A DNA stretch of 32,000 nt from Candidatus Saccharimonadota bacterium (GTDB lineage Bacteria > Patescibacteriota > Saccharimonadia > Saccharimonadales > UBA4665). The position numbers and the translations under genes are program-made. This document shows positions 1 to 7,916 of this stretch, in pieces. The stretch spans positions 720,001 to 752,000 of the forward strand of contig CP065016.1 of NCBI GenBank assembly GCA_016700375.1, written 5' to 3'. Below the pieces are notes generated by a model. The model did no database searches and had not been told where the DNA came from. It was given only the letters and a program-made list of their open reading frames with translations. Each line of letters begins with the position of its first letter. The first letter of the stretch is position 1.

Positions 1-1733
1 GGGTTAATCTGGATACTTTCCACGCGAGGTGCGTATGGGCTCAGTTCTGCCCTCGGTTCGGCAATTGTTTCAAGCATGTGTGCGAGTATGAAGGCACGGC
101 CATCCTTGCCCTGCGCGAGTGCCTGTGCCAGTACATCGACAGACAAGCCGTGGACCTTCATGTCCATTTGCAGGGCAGTAATGCCTTTGCTTGTTCCGGC
201 AACCTTGAAGTCCATGTCACCCGCAAAATCTTCGGCGTCAGCGATATCGCTTAGAATGTACGTCTTGTCTCCGTCTACCATCAGCCCCATGGCAATGCCC
301 GATACCGGTGCCTTCAGCGGTACGCCAGCATCCATAAGGGCAAGGCAGCTACTGCAAGTTGCCGCCATAGAGGTTGAACCGTTCTGGCTCATAATCTCGG
401 TAACGCTGCGAATGGCATAGGGGAAAACCGCTTCATCGGGCAGTACGGCAAAAAGGGCGCGCTCTGCCAGGTAGCCATGGCCAATCTCACGGCGGCCGGG
501 GCTGCCGAGGCGGCGCACTTCGCCAACCGTATAGCCAGGGGCATTGTAGTGGTGCATGTAGCGGCGCTCTTCGTTTTTCTCCATGGTGTCTACGAGCTGC
601 GCGTACGATAGTGGTGCCAAGGTAACAATGTTCATGCCCTGTGTCATGCCACGCGTAAAGAGGCTCGAGCCATGAGCACGCGGCAGCAACCCAACCTCAG
701 AGCTCAACGGACGAATGTCGGTCAGCTTGCGGCCATCGGGGCGCGTGCCATCCTTGACTATGCCGGCGCGAACATCTTTGTGCAGTGCCATTTGAAAGGC
801 TTCATCGTACTGAGTGCGTACAACTGTGTAGAGCTCTTCACCTAGCTCTTCAGCAAATGCAACGTGGAACTGCTCTTTGAGCACGCCAATCATTTCGTTT
901 CGCTCTGGGTACGGCAATCGCAAGTCTTCGCCGAGCTTACCGGCCACCCATTTGTCTACAGCTGCTTGGATTTTTTCGTCTGGGAGGATTAATTCATATT
1001 CGGTGGCTTTCACCCCGACCTTTTTGGCAAGCTCAGCCTGCGCAGCGAGTGCGGGCTTTATAGCTTCCTCGGCAAATTTCAGTGCAGCCACCACTTCTTC
1101 TTCGGTGGCTTCGTTTGCACCGGCCTCAACCATCATGACACCACCTTCGCGGGCGGCTACAACAAGGTCGAGTTTGCTCGCGTTTAGCTCCTCAGCACTC
1201 ATAAATGCTCGGTACTCACCACCATCGGTCATGCCAACGCGCACACCAGCAACTGGACCGTCAAATGGTGCGCCGGTCAGCATAAGGGCTGCGCTCATGG
1301 CAATCATAGCGACCATGTCGGGGCGAAACGCCGGGTCCATACTAAGAACGCTTGCGATGCCCTGCACTTCATTGCGGTAGCCCTTCGGGAAGAGTGGGCG
1401 GATAGGGCGGTCTATAAGGCGGCCAATGAGGATAGCGTCGTCACTTGGGCGACCTTCACGCTTGATAAAACGGCTGCCGCTAATCTTCCCGGCCGCATAA
1501 AACTTCTCTTCGTAATCAATGGAAAGCGGGAAATAATCCATCCCCTGAATAGGCTTCCCTAGCATGGCAGTGCCAAGGACTACGGTGTCTCCGTAGCGCG
1601 CGAGAACGCTTGCGGTGGTGCGAAAGCCAACGCGGTTGACTTCGAGCGTCAGTGTCCGCCCGCAGAACTCTGTCTCGACAACCACAAGGTCTTTGCCGTA
1701 TGGATTGATAGTTTTGGTGGTAATTTGGCTCAT
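1..1733 (-). CDS. pnp: Polynucleotide phosphorylase (PNPase), N-terminal ~577 aa; 3' end runs off the left edge of the window
   Basis: Absent from the ORF track because no stop codon lies in the window. My own translation of the minus strand from ATG 1733-1731 (GGAGG 6 nt upstream) reads MSQITTKTINPYGKDLVVVETEFCGRTLTLEVNRVGF..DYFPLSIDYEEKFYAAGKISGSRFIKREGRP. It stays open to nt 1 and passes DGRKLTDIRP, GSSLFTRG, FPYAIRSVTEIMSQNGSTSMA and GDMDFKVAGT..GITALQMD (both RNase PH domains). The plus-strand ORFs 76..420 and 877..1380 are antisense shadows. Confidence 0.96.
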   Translation of the reverse strand, partial: MSQITTKTINPYGKDLVVVETEFCGRTLTLEVNRVGFRTTASVLARYGDTVVLGTAMLGKPIQGMDYFPLSIDYEEKFYAAGKISGSRFIKREGRPSDDAILIGRLIDRPIRPLFPKGYRNEVQGIASVLSMDPAFRPDMVAMIAMSAALMLTGAPFDGPVAGVRVGMTDGGEYRAFMSAEELNASKLDLVVAAREGGVMMVEAGANEATEEEVVAALKFAEEAIKPALAAQAELAKKVGVKATEYELILPDEKIQAAVDKWVAGKLGEDLRLPYPERNEMIGVLKEQFHVAFAEELGEELYTVVRTQYDEAFQMALHKDVRAGIVKDGTRPDGRKLTDIRPLSSEVGLLPRAHGSSLFTRGMTQGMNIVTLAPLSYAQLVDTMEKNEERRYMHHYNAPGYTVGEVRRLGSPGRREIGHGYLAERALFAVLPDEAVFPYAIRSVTEIMSQNGSTSMAATCSSCLALMDAGVPLKAPVSGIAMGLMVDGDKTYILSDIADAEDFAGDMDFKVAGTSKGITALQMDMKVHGLSVDVLAQALAQGKDGRAFILAHMLETIAEPRAELSPYAPRVESIQIN

Positions 1734-1857
1734 GTGTAGCCTCCTTTTTTCGGGTGAGCAACAAGGTTCAAGCATCCACTCTTTGTTAGCCAAAGTGGAA
1801 ACCTGTTCTTTATCACCCACCAATAGTTAATGTAGCTAGAATTGTAGGTTCTAGATC

Positions 1858-1884
1858 TTGGAATCTAGGTATCCTAAATTCCAA
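1858..1884 (-). promoter_or_regulatory. Hairpin in the rpsO-pnp leader (12-bp stem with one mismatch, 3-nt loop)
   Basis: TTGGAATCTAGG (1858-1869), loop TAT, CCTAAATTCCAA (1873-1884); the only mismatch is 1865/1877. It lies in the untranslated spacer between the rpsO stop (1909) and the pnp ATG (1733) on the transcribed strand. No U-run follows, so it is not a classical terminator. Confidence 0.4.
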
Positions 1885-1903
1885 CTTCCAACTTCTAAAT
1901 TCT
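1876..1903 (-). repeat. Heptanucleotide tandem array A: AGAATTT AGAAGTT GGAAGTT GGAATTT (read on the minus strand)
   Basis: Four contiguous 7-mers, each differing from its neighbour by one base, immediately downstream of the rpsO stop. Near-identical to the array at 21554-21581, which is on the opposite strand. Confidence 0.85.
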
Positions 1904-1908
1904 AAAGT

Positions 1909-2175
1909 TTAACGTCGAATACCAAGCTTTTTAATGAGGTTCAGATACGCCTGTCCGTCTTGCGCAGCAATGTACTGCAAAAGCCGCTTGCGCTTACCCA
2001 CAAGCTGTAATAACCCCCGGCGAGCCGCAAAATCTTTCTTATTCACCTTGAGGTGCTCGGTCAGCTCACGGATGCGCTCGGTGAATATGCCCACCTGCAC
2101 GGCAGCGCTGCCTGTGTCTTCCTTGCTCTTCTGCAAATCTTTCACAATTCCACTCTTTTTCTCAGCTGAAATCAT
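1909..2175 (-). CDS. rpsO: 30S ribosomal protein S15
   Basis: MISAEKKSGIVKDLQKSKEDTGSAAVQVGIFTERIRELTEHLKVNKKDFAARRGLLQLVGKRKRLLQYIAAQD..: typical S15 length (88 aa) and sequence. The track ORF starts at TTG 2196; I prefer ATG 2175. Classic position upstream of pnp. Confidence 0.94.
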   Translation of the reverse strand: MISAEKKSGIVKDLQKSKEDTGSAAVQVGIFTERIRELTEHLKVNKKDFAARRGLLQLVGKRKRLLQYIAAQDGQAYLNLIKKLGIRR

Positions 2176-2251
2176 ATATACAAACAATCCTTTCAAAACT
2201 TCCTTAGAGACTACTGATGGCGTTGCATGGGAGTATACCAGATGCCGACCC

Positions 2252-2938
2252 CTATTGCAATAGATCTGCTAGCTGGACTTGGCCCAACCGGCTCAACTGC
2301 GCGGCATTTGCCAGATCGTAATCACCCACTTTTGTACGGCGTAGGCCTGACATATACGCGCCCGTTCCGAGCGCCTCACCAACATCTGCCACCAGTGAAC
2401 GAATATACGTGCCACTACTGACATCACAGGTAAACCGAACCAGAGGGTATGAATATTTCATGTTTCTTATTTCATATATAGTTACTGGGCGCGGTTCAAG
2501 CTTCACCTCCTTGCCCTTCCGAGCCAAGTCATAGGCTTTCTGACCATTGATCTTAATGGCTGAATAGATCGGCGGGGTTTGCATGATGTTCCCGGTGAAT
2601 TTCTTGAGTGCCGCTGTGACCTCGTTTTCACCCGGGATACGCGAATTAACAGGGGTCTTCTCCCCCTCATCATCACCCGTGGTGCTTGTTTGACCCAGCT
2701 TCATCGTGACCTCATACGTTTTGTCGTGTTTGCTTAGCTCAGCAGCACGGCGAGTGTACTCCTTGCCCACCAGTATGACGAGCAACCCCGTAGCCAGCGG
2801 GTCAAGTGTGCCCGTATGCCCTACTTTACAGTTTTTAGGTTTCTTGCCCTCGGCCTGCGCAACAATTTTGCGCACGTAATTCACCACATCAAAACTCGTC
2901 CACCCAGCGGGCTTGTCTATAAGGAGTAATCCCTGCAT
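2252..2938 (-). CDS. truB: tRNA pseudouridine(55) synthase TruB
   Basis: MQGLLLIDKPAGWTSFDVV..KVGHTGTLDPLATGLLVILVGK..TKxYE: the catalytic-Asp motif HTGTLDP and truB-rpsO-pnp synteny. Confidence 0.95.
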   Translation of the reverse strand: MQGLLLIDKPAGWTSFDVVNYVRKIVAQAEGKKPKNCKVGHTGTLDPLATGLLVILVGKEYTRRAAELSKHDKTYEVTMKLGQTSTTGDDEGEKTPVNSRIPGENEVTAALKKFTGNIMQTPPIYSAIKINGQKAYDLARKGKEVKLEPRPVTIYEIRNMKYSYPLVRFTCDVSSGTYIRSLVADVGEALGTGAYMSGLRRTKVGDYDLANAAQLSRLGQVQLADLLQ

Positions 2939-2965
2939 AACACTTAGCGTACCACGTTCCGCTGC

Positions 2966-4954
2966 CTACGCATTCGGGAATATGGGAGGAGGCGGAACCG
3001 ACGGAGCGGCGGGCAAGGTAGCATCGGTCGGTCGCGATTGGGCAGTAGGGTTCGTTGTTATACCAGACTGAAAAGTTACGCCAGACGGAGGGGGTAGCGG
3101 CATATCAAGTGTTTGATCGGCTGGCGAGTTACCAGGAACTGGTTCACTGAAACCCGTATTAGTAGCCACACCAAAGCCGGGTGCAGGCTGATACACTATA
3201 TCGGGAACATTTCCTTCGCGTAACTGCGGACCAAGTGGTTGGGCATTGAGTGCTGCAATGGGGTCAGGCGCACCCTGTGTCGGTTGAGCCGCAAGTGCGT
3301 CCTCTACCGCTTTTCGAGCCACATCGACGTCTCCTTCTGAACCTGTGTTGTTCACTCCTCCATCCGCGGCAGCTAGATGGGGACTGTCGACAACGTGCTC
3401 TATATCACTCAGTGTTTGCCGTGAGGTATCTATGTACTCATCATCTTCGTATTCATCTGTTGAGCTAGGGGCTGGCATGGCGGACGGGCTCGGTACAATA
3501 GGTGGTGACACGGGTGGCTGAGGGCTAGGTTCTGGCACTAAAGCCGCAACGTTCGGCTGCTGAGCTGTAGCCGAGACAATATCCTGGACTGACGGTACTG
3601 GCGTAGGGGGAGGTACAGGTGATGCTGCCGGCATCTGAGGCGCAGCAGATTCTTGGCGCGGAAGCGGTGGTAGTGTCGTGGGCTCCAACTGGGCAGGATG
3701 TTTCTTTGGTTCGGGAATACTATTATTTGGCGCAGGGGTTATGGTTCGTTCATTATGAGAAAGTATGGGCGTCTGCTGAGATGGCGCTGTCAGATTCTCT
3801 GCTGGCTCACCAAGACCCTCTTCGTTAGTATTTGCGGTCAACTCCCCACCAAGCATAGGCGGTTCGAGTACACGTTCTCGGGTGACTGCCGAGTGCGCTC
3901 CACCATCATTCGATAAGGGGTTTGTTTGACCATGTACCACGCCTATTCGGGGGTGATTGCCCTCATCTGCGGTTATAAGTTGGCCGTTTTCGTCGACTTG
4001 GATTTGCGGTGCTGCCGGTTCAGGAGGTACCGGTAACTCCACTTCATCCGGATCATCTTGGGCATCTGCGTCTGATTGTGTTCTCGAAGGTACTGGTGGT
4101 AACTCGGCAGTTGGGCTTGGCTCGCTATGATCAATTGCAAGCATACCGGGGTCGACGTGAGCGTCCTCTACAGCGGGTTGAGTGGCGCTCAGCCGTTTCG
4201 GTTCTGGGATAATTTCTGCATCCAGTTCTGTTGCAATAAGTTGCTGGTTTGCTCCGGCCGACATAAGAGACGCACTTATGCTCATTGTCTCCGGGCTGGT
4301 TCGGTCATTACTAAACCGTTCGGTCATGGCAACAATACCAGTCAGCAAAGCCGTTGCAATCTGCATATCCAATATGGATTTGTCGAGATTTTGCACCAGC
4401 TTGGTGACCATTTCTGACAAGCTACTTGCCTTCGAGTTCACAATATTGAGCGTGCCTAAATCTGAGTTGCCATCTATAGATAATGTGGACACCACCGCGT
4501 CGTGCAAAATACGTCCATGCGCGCTAATCGCTTCGTCTAAGTCTGTCTGCTCTTTTACGCCCAGCGCAATAACGACGTCAACATTAAAATCTCCCTGGCT
4601 AAATTCGAGGTCGTTTTCGGAAATAGACGTCCGGTACGGTGTTATAAAAATCCGAACGACTTGGTCTTCAACCTTATACCGTAGCTTGTCGGCCTTGGAT
4701 TTATCGAGTGCAATAATGAAATCGCGCAGACTGTCGGTATTTGTTTCTAGGGTTTCTTTGGGCTTCAAAAACTCTATGGTACTGGGTGTCTGGCCGCTGT
4801 AAACCGCCGTGGCATGCTTGTCGAGTTTATTGAGTGCCAGCGTCAAACCAATAGCAGCAGCTAGCTGGTCTACCGAAGGATTTTTGCTCACCGTCACTAA
4901 TACGTTCTGGGCGTCTTTGAGCTTGGCTACAAGTTGTTTTTGCTGTTCATCCAT
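2966..4954 (-). CDS. DHH-family-like protein with degenerate catalytic motifs and a ~420-aa Pro/Ala/Ser/Gln-rich low-complexity C-terminus
   Basis: The N-terminal ~240 aa look like an NrnA/DHH fold (VLVTVSKNPSVDQLAAAIGLTLAL.., VDVVIALGV, ..ATALLTGIVAMTERF). The canonical H-x-x-DGD and DHH residues are replaced by SKNPSVDQ and SAH. The remainder (approx. nt 2969-4234) is proline-rich low complexity. It sits where a DHH protein often sits upstream of truB. Confidence 0.7.
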   Translation of the reverse strand: MDEQQKQLVAKLKDAQNVLVTVSKNPSVDQLAAAIGLTLALNKLDKHATAVYSGQTPSTIEFLKPKETLETNTDSLRDFIIALDKSKADKLRYKVEDQVVRIFITPYRTSISENDLEFSQGDFNVDVVIALGVKEQTDLDEAISAHGRILHDAVVSTLSIDGNSDLGTLNIVNSKASSLSEMVTKLVQNLDKSILDMQIATALLTGIVAMTERFSNDRTSPETMSISASLMSAGANQQLIATELDAEIIPEPKRLSATQPAVEDAHVDPGMLAIDHSEPSPTAELPPVPSRTQSDADAQDDPDEVELPVPPEPAAPQIQVDENGQLITADEGNHPRIGVVHGQTNPLSNDGGAHSAVTRERVLEPPMLGGELTANTNEEGLGEPAENLTAPSQQTPILSHNERTITPAPNNSIPEPKKHPAQLEPTTLPPLPRQESAAPQMPAASPVPPPTPVPSVQDIVSATAQQPNVAALVPEPSPQPPVSPPIVPSPSAMPAPSSTDEYEDDEYIDTSRQTLSDIEHVVDSPHLAAADGGVNNTGSEGDVDVARKAVEDALAAQPTQGAPDPIAALNAQPLGPQLREGNVPDIVYQPAPGFGVATNTGFSEPVPGNSPADQTLDMPLPPPSGVTFQSGITTNPTAQSRPTDATLPAAPSVPPPPIFPNA

Positions 4955-5058
4955 ATTGTTTTTATTTGGCTACAGAAAGTCCGCATAAATGGTACCATAA
5001 GCGTAAAGAGCTGTCGAGTGTTTTTACCACTTTTTTGACGAAAGGATGTCTCTACTCC

Positions 5059-5087
5059 TTTACAACAGAGATGGTATGCGGTATAGT
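5059..5087 (+). promoter_or_regulatory. Sigma70-type promoter for rpsT: TTTACA-17 nt-TATAGT
   Basis: TTTACA 5059-5064, 17-nt spacer, TATAGT 5082-5087. A ~41-nt leader with AAGGA lies upstream of ATG 5129. Confidence 0.5.
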
Positions 5088-5128
5088 TGACACCGAGCAA
5101 ATACTAACTCTAGGTAAAAAGGAACTCT

Positions 5129-5494
5129 ATGCCCATTATTAAATCAGCAAAAAAACGTGTGAAAGTTGCTACTAAGGCTACCGTTCGCAATAGCAAAACC
5201 AAGCGAAGCCTGAAAGCCGCTGTGAAAGCTTTTGGTTCGGCCCTCGCTGCTACTGACAAAAAGAAGGCAGTCAAGGCGCTCGACAAAGTCCAGAGCGAGC
5301 TAGACCGAGCTGCCAAAAAAGGCATTTTGCACAAAAACAAGGTCGCTCGCAAAAAGGCTCAAGCCGCTCGTAACGCCCGTAACGCTGGCGTTCCCGCTGG
5401 CGTCAAAAGCGACAAAGTAAAAGCCACCTCTGTTAAAAAAGCATTCCCGGTGAAAAAAGCTGCCCCCGCAAAGAAGCCAGCAGCCAAAAAATAG
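5129..5494 (+). CDS. rpsT: 30S ribosomal protein S20 with a Lys/Ala/Pro-rich C-terminal extension
   Basis: MPIIKSAKKRVKVATKATVRNSKTKRSLKAAVKAF..KKGILHKNKVARKKA is canonical S20. It is followed by ~35 extra residues (..VKSDKVKATSVKKAFPVKKAAPAKKPAAKK). Confidence 0.93.
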   Translation: MPIIKSAKKRVKVATKATVRNSKTKRSLKAAVKAFGSALAATDKKKAVKALDKVQSELDRAAKKGILHKNKVARKKAQAARNARNAGVPAGVKSDKVKATSVKKAFPVKKAAPAKKPAAKK

Positions 5495-5630
5495 TTTCCT
5501 TTCGATAAGAAAATGAATCTCTGGCGGTCTAGCAGCCGGGGAACTCTTGCCCCGCGACTCCAATATCCGGTCGTACTTCCGGCTGCGGCAGGTAAAGGGC
5601 TTGTTTATTAACAATACAAGTTGGTCAGAC

Positions 5631-5660
5631 TTGACTAGACCATGTTGGTCAAGTTATAGT
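5631..5660 (+). promoter_or_regulatory. Promoter of the phd-vapC operon: TTGACT-18 nt-TATAGT, only 6 nt from the ATG (leaderless geometry)
   Basis: TTGACT 5631-5636, TATAGT 5655-5660, ATG 5667. A direct repeat GTTGGTCA at 5620-5627 and 5644-5651 flanks the -35 and is a possible operator. Confidence 0.55.
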
Positions 5661-5666
5661 AGGAAC

Positions 5667-5954
5667 ATGAGTAAAGTCTATACAATTTACGAAGCGAAGA
5701 CGCACCTGAGCAAGCTTGGTAAACGAGCTGCCGCCGGAGAAACAATATACGTCGGCGCCTACGGCACAGCCCAGTTTATGCTTACACCTATCCATGTCGC
5801 CAAAACGCCGCAAAAATCTTTCCGCAAAATCGGTGTTTGGGATCACAAGGCTATTCCTGACGCATACGACTATGCATCGCTAGTTGGCCCCGATACCGAG
5901 CTGAATGCCCTGATAGAAGAAAGCATAGACAGACCTTTTCCTGGTACAACATGA
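5667..5954 (+). CDS. Phd/YefM-family type II antitoxin
   Basis: MSKVYTIYEAKTHLSKLGKRAAAGETIYVGAYGTAQFMLTP.. is a typical Phd N-terminus. ATGA overlap with the downstream PIN toxin. The track ORF start at 5547 is an upstream extension across the promoter. Confidence 0.8.
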   Translation: MSKVYTIYEAKTHLSKLGKRAAAGETIYVGAYGTAQFMLTPIHVAKTPQKSFRKIGVWDHKAIPDAYDYASLVGPDTELNALIEESIDRPFPGTT

Positions 5955-6334
5955 CCATTCTCATTGATTCTCATATCTATATTTGGCTGCTGTTCGAGTC
6001 GTATCGCTTTAGCCCAGCCACTAAGCGTACACTGCAGACAGCAGAAGAGCTATATGTCTCTATCGCAAGTCTCACTGAACTCACATTCAAACACGGCTCT
6101 GGAAAGCTCAAGTACAATCCTGCCAATTTGTGCCAGGGCCTAGCCGAAGCGAATATCCATCTTCTTGCCATAACTAACCGCCACCTAGAGAAGTACGCTG
6201 AAATATCCTTGAGCCATAAAGACCCGTTCGATCGTCTACTCATCGCCCAAGCTCAGTGCGAAAACCTGCCACTTCTTACCGCTGATCAAACCTTACTCGA
6301 CTCATCCTACCCCACTATCGACGCCCGCAAATAG
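5951..6334 (+). CDS. vapC: PIN-domain toxin VapC
   Basis: MTILIDSHIYIWLL..SIASLTEL..HKDPFDRLLIAQAQCENLPLLTADQ: acidic PIN residues in the usual order. 4-nt overlap with the antitoxin. Confidence 0.85.
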   Translation: MTILIDSHIYIWLLFESYRFSPATKRTLQTAEELYVSIASLTELTFKHGSGKLKYNPANLCQGLAEANIHLLAITNRHLEKYAEISLSHKDPFDRLLIAQAQCENLPLLTADQTLLDSSYPTIDARK

Positions 6335-6371
6335 CATTCTCATTTTGGATACGTCTGTATAAAAAATGAAA

Positions 6372-7292
6372 TTATCTTGTGATGGTCAGCAGGTAGTAGC
6401 GAACGGCTTCGTCGGGGATGATGCTCTCTGTTTTGGTGCGCAGGTCAAACTCGCGGAGTCGGGTTATGAGTTCTTTGAGCCGCGCGAGGGTAATGTGTCT
6501 CACCAGACCCTGCGTTTTTCGCACCACAAAGGGGTTCAGTTTGGCTTCGCGGGCTATGTCGTCAACACTGCGCTGTTTCGCAGTTTTCACGACAGCCAGC
6601 ACATGCAGCTGCCAAGCCAGCATGGCAATAACCTGCTGCGGCTCAACCTTTAGCGCCCGTTGCTCGTCGTAAAGACGCATGGTACGTTTAGTGTCACCAG
6701 TAAATGCTGCGTCGAGCAGTTCGAATATAGTACTTTGAGGTGTTTTTTCAGTTAGGTTTTCTATAGATTGCTCGGTAATTTTCGGGTCAAAAACGAGCAG
6801 CTTATCGAGCTCCTGCTGCAAGCCAAGCTGGTTTGTACCCACGCGCTCAACAAGCATACGCGCAGCACCGCTCGAAATACTGCCACCCCGCTCTTTTATG
6901 TATTCAACTGCAAATCGCGCCAATCCACCCGCATCCAGCACGGCAAACTCTTTGAACGCTGTCAGTTTTTTTAGCTGTTTGTAGTAGGTCAGCCGCTTGT
7001 CTAGCTTTGGCTCTACGATTATGACGTCGTTTGTATCTGAAACGGCTTCCATAAACGCTGCGAACTTTTCAGTAAATTCTTTGTTTGCGCCAGGCGCGCG
7101 CAGTACCACGAGCTTCCGTGCCGCCAAAAACGGCAAACTCTGTACCGCCTCCTCCATGCGCTCGTAGGGCGCCTCTTCCCCGTCTAGCCGTTCCACCGCC
7201 ATATCACCATACTCTTTTTCAAACTCAGCAACGGCACAGCGCAAAGCCGCCCCCCGCTCCACATCATTCTCTCCCGTCAGCGTGGTTATCAC
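6372..7292 (-). CDS. holA: DNA polymerase III subunit delta
   Basis: 306 aa; ITTLTGEND..LPFLAARKLVVLR.. and C-terminal ..FELLDAAFTGDTKRTMRLYDEQRALKVEPQQVIAMLAWQL are typical HolA. GTG start 9 nt after the upstream toxin stop. Confidence 0.85.
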   Translation of the reverse strand: MITTLTGENDVERGAALRCAVAEFEKEYGDMAVERLDGEEAPYERMEEAVQSLPFLAARKLVVLRAPGANKEFTEKFAAFMEAVSDTNDVIIVEPKLDKRLTYYKQLKKLTAFKEFAVLDAGGLARFAVEYIKERGGSISSGAARMLVERVGTNQLGLQQELDKLLVFDPKITEQSIENLTEKTPQSTIFELLDAAFTGDTKRTMRLYDEQRALKVEPQQVIAMLAWQLHVLAVVKTAKQRSVDDIAREAKLNPFVVRKTQGLVRHITLARLKELITRLREFDLRTKTESIIPDEAVRYYLLTITR

Positions 7293-7301
7293 AGTTCTAT
7301 T

Positions 7302-7568
7302 TTACCCATACAACTGGCTGTGTGTCCCTATAAAGCCAAAAACTACTACATTTGTGCCTTCGTAGTAGAACAATGCGAGAATGTCTCCGGTTACATTCAT
7401 GCTTAAGTAGCCCTTGTACTCAGCCTTCAGGGCATGCACCCGCAACGTAGGGTTATCTGGCCCAATAATCAGAAGTTTTATTCTCTGCTGAAAACGTGCT
7501 TGCACAGAAGACGGAAGCTTCTTGTACTGCTTTTTGAACCGAGGGTGATACTCGATACTCACAGTCAT
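7302..7568 (-). CDS. RelE/YafQ-family type II toxin (mRNA interferase)
   Basis: 88 aa; ..FKKQYKKL..HALKAEYKGYLSMNVTGDILALFYYE..FGFIGTHSQLYG resembles the YafQ/RelE C-terminal signature (GTH..LYG). ATGA overlap with the antitoxin. Confidence 0.8.
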   Translation of the reverse strand: MTVSIEYHPRFKKQYKKLPSSVQARFQQRIKLLIIGPDNPTLRVHALKAEYKGYLSMNVTGDILALFYYEGTNVVVFGFIGTHSQLYG

Positions 7569-7855
7569 TTCTCTAGGTCGGCTATAAATTCCTCGACTGT
7601 CTCGAACGGACCGATGGTCTTACCTTCTTTGCGCTCAGCTTCAATCTCGGCGATAATTTTTTCCATCTGCGGCGTGGCCACCTCGACCGCTGGAAAATAC
7701 ACTTGCCCGGTCAAAACCAACTGATGCATATACGCATTCAGCAAAGTCCCCAGCGGTATGCCATACTGCCCGGCCACCGCTTGTGCTTTTGCCTTCAGGT
7801 CTTTCTTCACCTTCACACTCATAACAGTTGTATCGGATGCTTTTGTAGTACTCAT
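7565..7855 (-). CDS. DinJ/RelB-family (RHH) antitoxin
   Basis: MSTTKASDTTVMSVKVKKDLKAKAQAVAGQYGIPLGTLLNAYMHQLVLTGQV.. matches the DinJ-type ribbon-helix-helix pattern. Start chosen at ATG 7855 because a full promoter sits directly upstream; the track ORF extends to 7951. Confidence 0.75.
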   Translation of the reverse strand: MSTTKASDTTVMSVKVKKDLKAKAQAVAGQYGIPLGTLLNAYMHQLVLTGQVYFPAVEVATPQMEKIIAEIEAERKEGKTIGPFETVEEFIADLEK

Positions 7856-7862
7856 ACTACCA

Positions 7863-7890
7863 AGTATATACTTTGTAGTTTCCCTGTCAA
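7863..7890 (-). promoter_or_regulatory. Promoter of the dinJ-like/relE-like operon: TTGACA-16 nt-TATACT, 7 nt from the ATG (leaderless geometry)
   Basis: Minus strand: TTGACA 7890-7885, TATACT 7868-7863, then TGGTAGT, then ATG 7855. Confidence 0.6.
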
Positions 7891-7916
7891 TCCCAGTCCA
7901 ATATAACTTACACGGC

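Noticed and set aside
76-1380. Plus-strand ORFs 76..420 and 877..1380 (114 and 167 aa)
   Set aside because: They are antisense shadows of pnp. The minus strand encodes an uninterrupted, textbook PNPase across this whole region, and the plus-strand peptides are Ala/Ser/Thr/Pro-rich nonsense.
3250-4802. Several plus-strand ORFs (up to 206 aa) inside the DHH-like gene
   Set aside because: They are antisense to a 662-aa ORF with a recognisable N-terminal domain. Low-complexity Pro-rich coding on one strand naturally leaves open frames on the other. They have no start context and no recognisable motifs.
5547-5666. Longer N-terminal versions of track ORFs: phd from 5547, dinJ-like from 7951, fic from TTG 9041, mutM from 12219, PG-binding from 29734
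   Set aside because: The extensions run through predicted promoter boxes or add non-homologous residues ahead of well-defined N-termini (for example, MPELPEVE of Fpg must start at the Met-Pro). Internal ATGs with promoter or SD support were preferred.
5495-5666. Possible SRP (4.5S) RNA or tRNA in the rpsT-phd spacer and other intergenic regions longer than 70 nt
   Set aside because: I could not find an SRP domain IV-like GGAA tetraloop with the AGCA motif, nor tRNA T-arm (GTTCRANYC) or cloverleaf features, on either strand. There is nothing resembling rRNA, CRISPR repeats or IS inverted repeats anywhere in the window.
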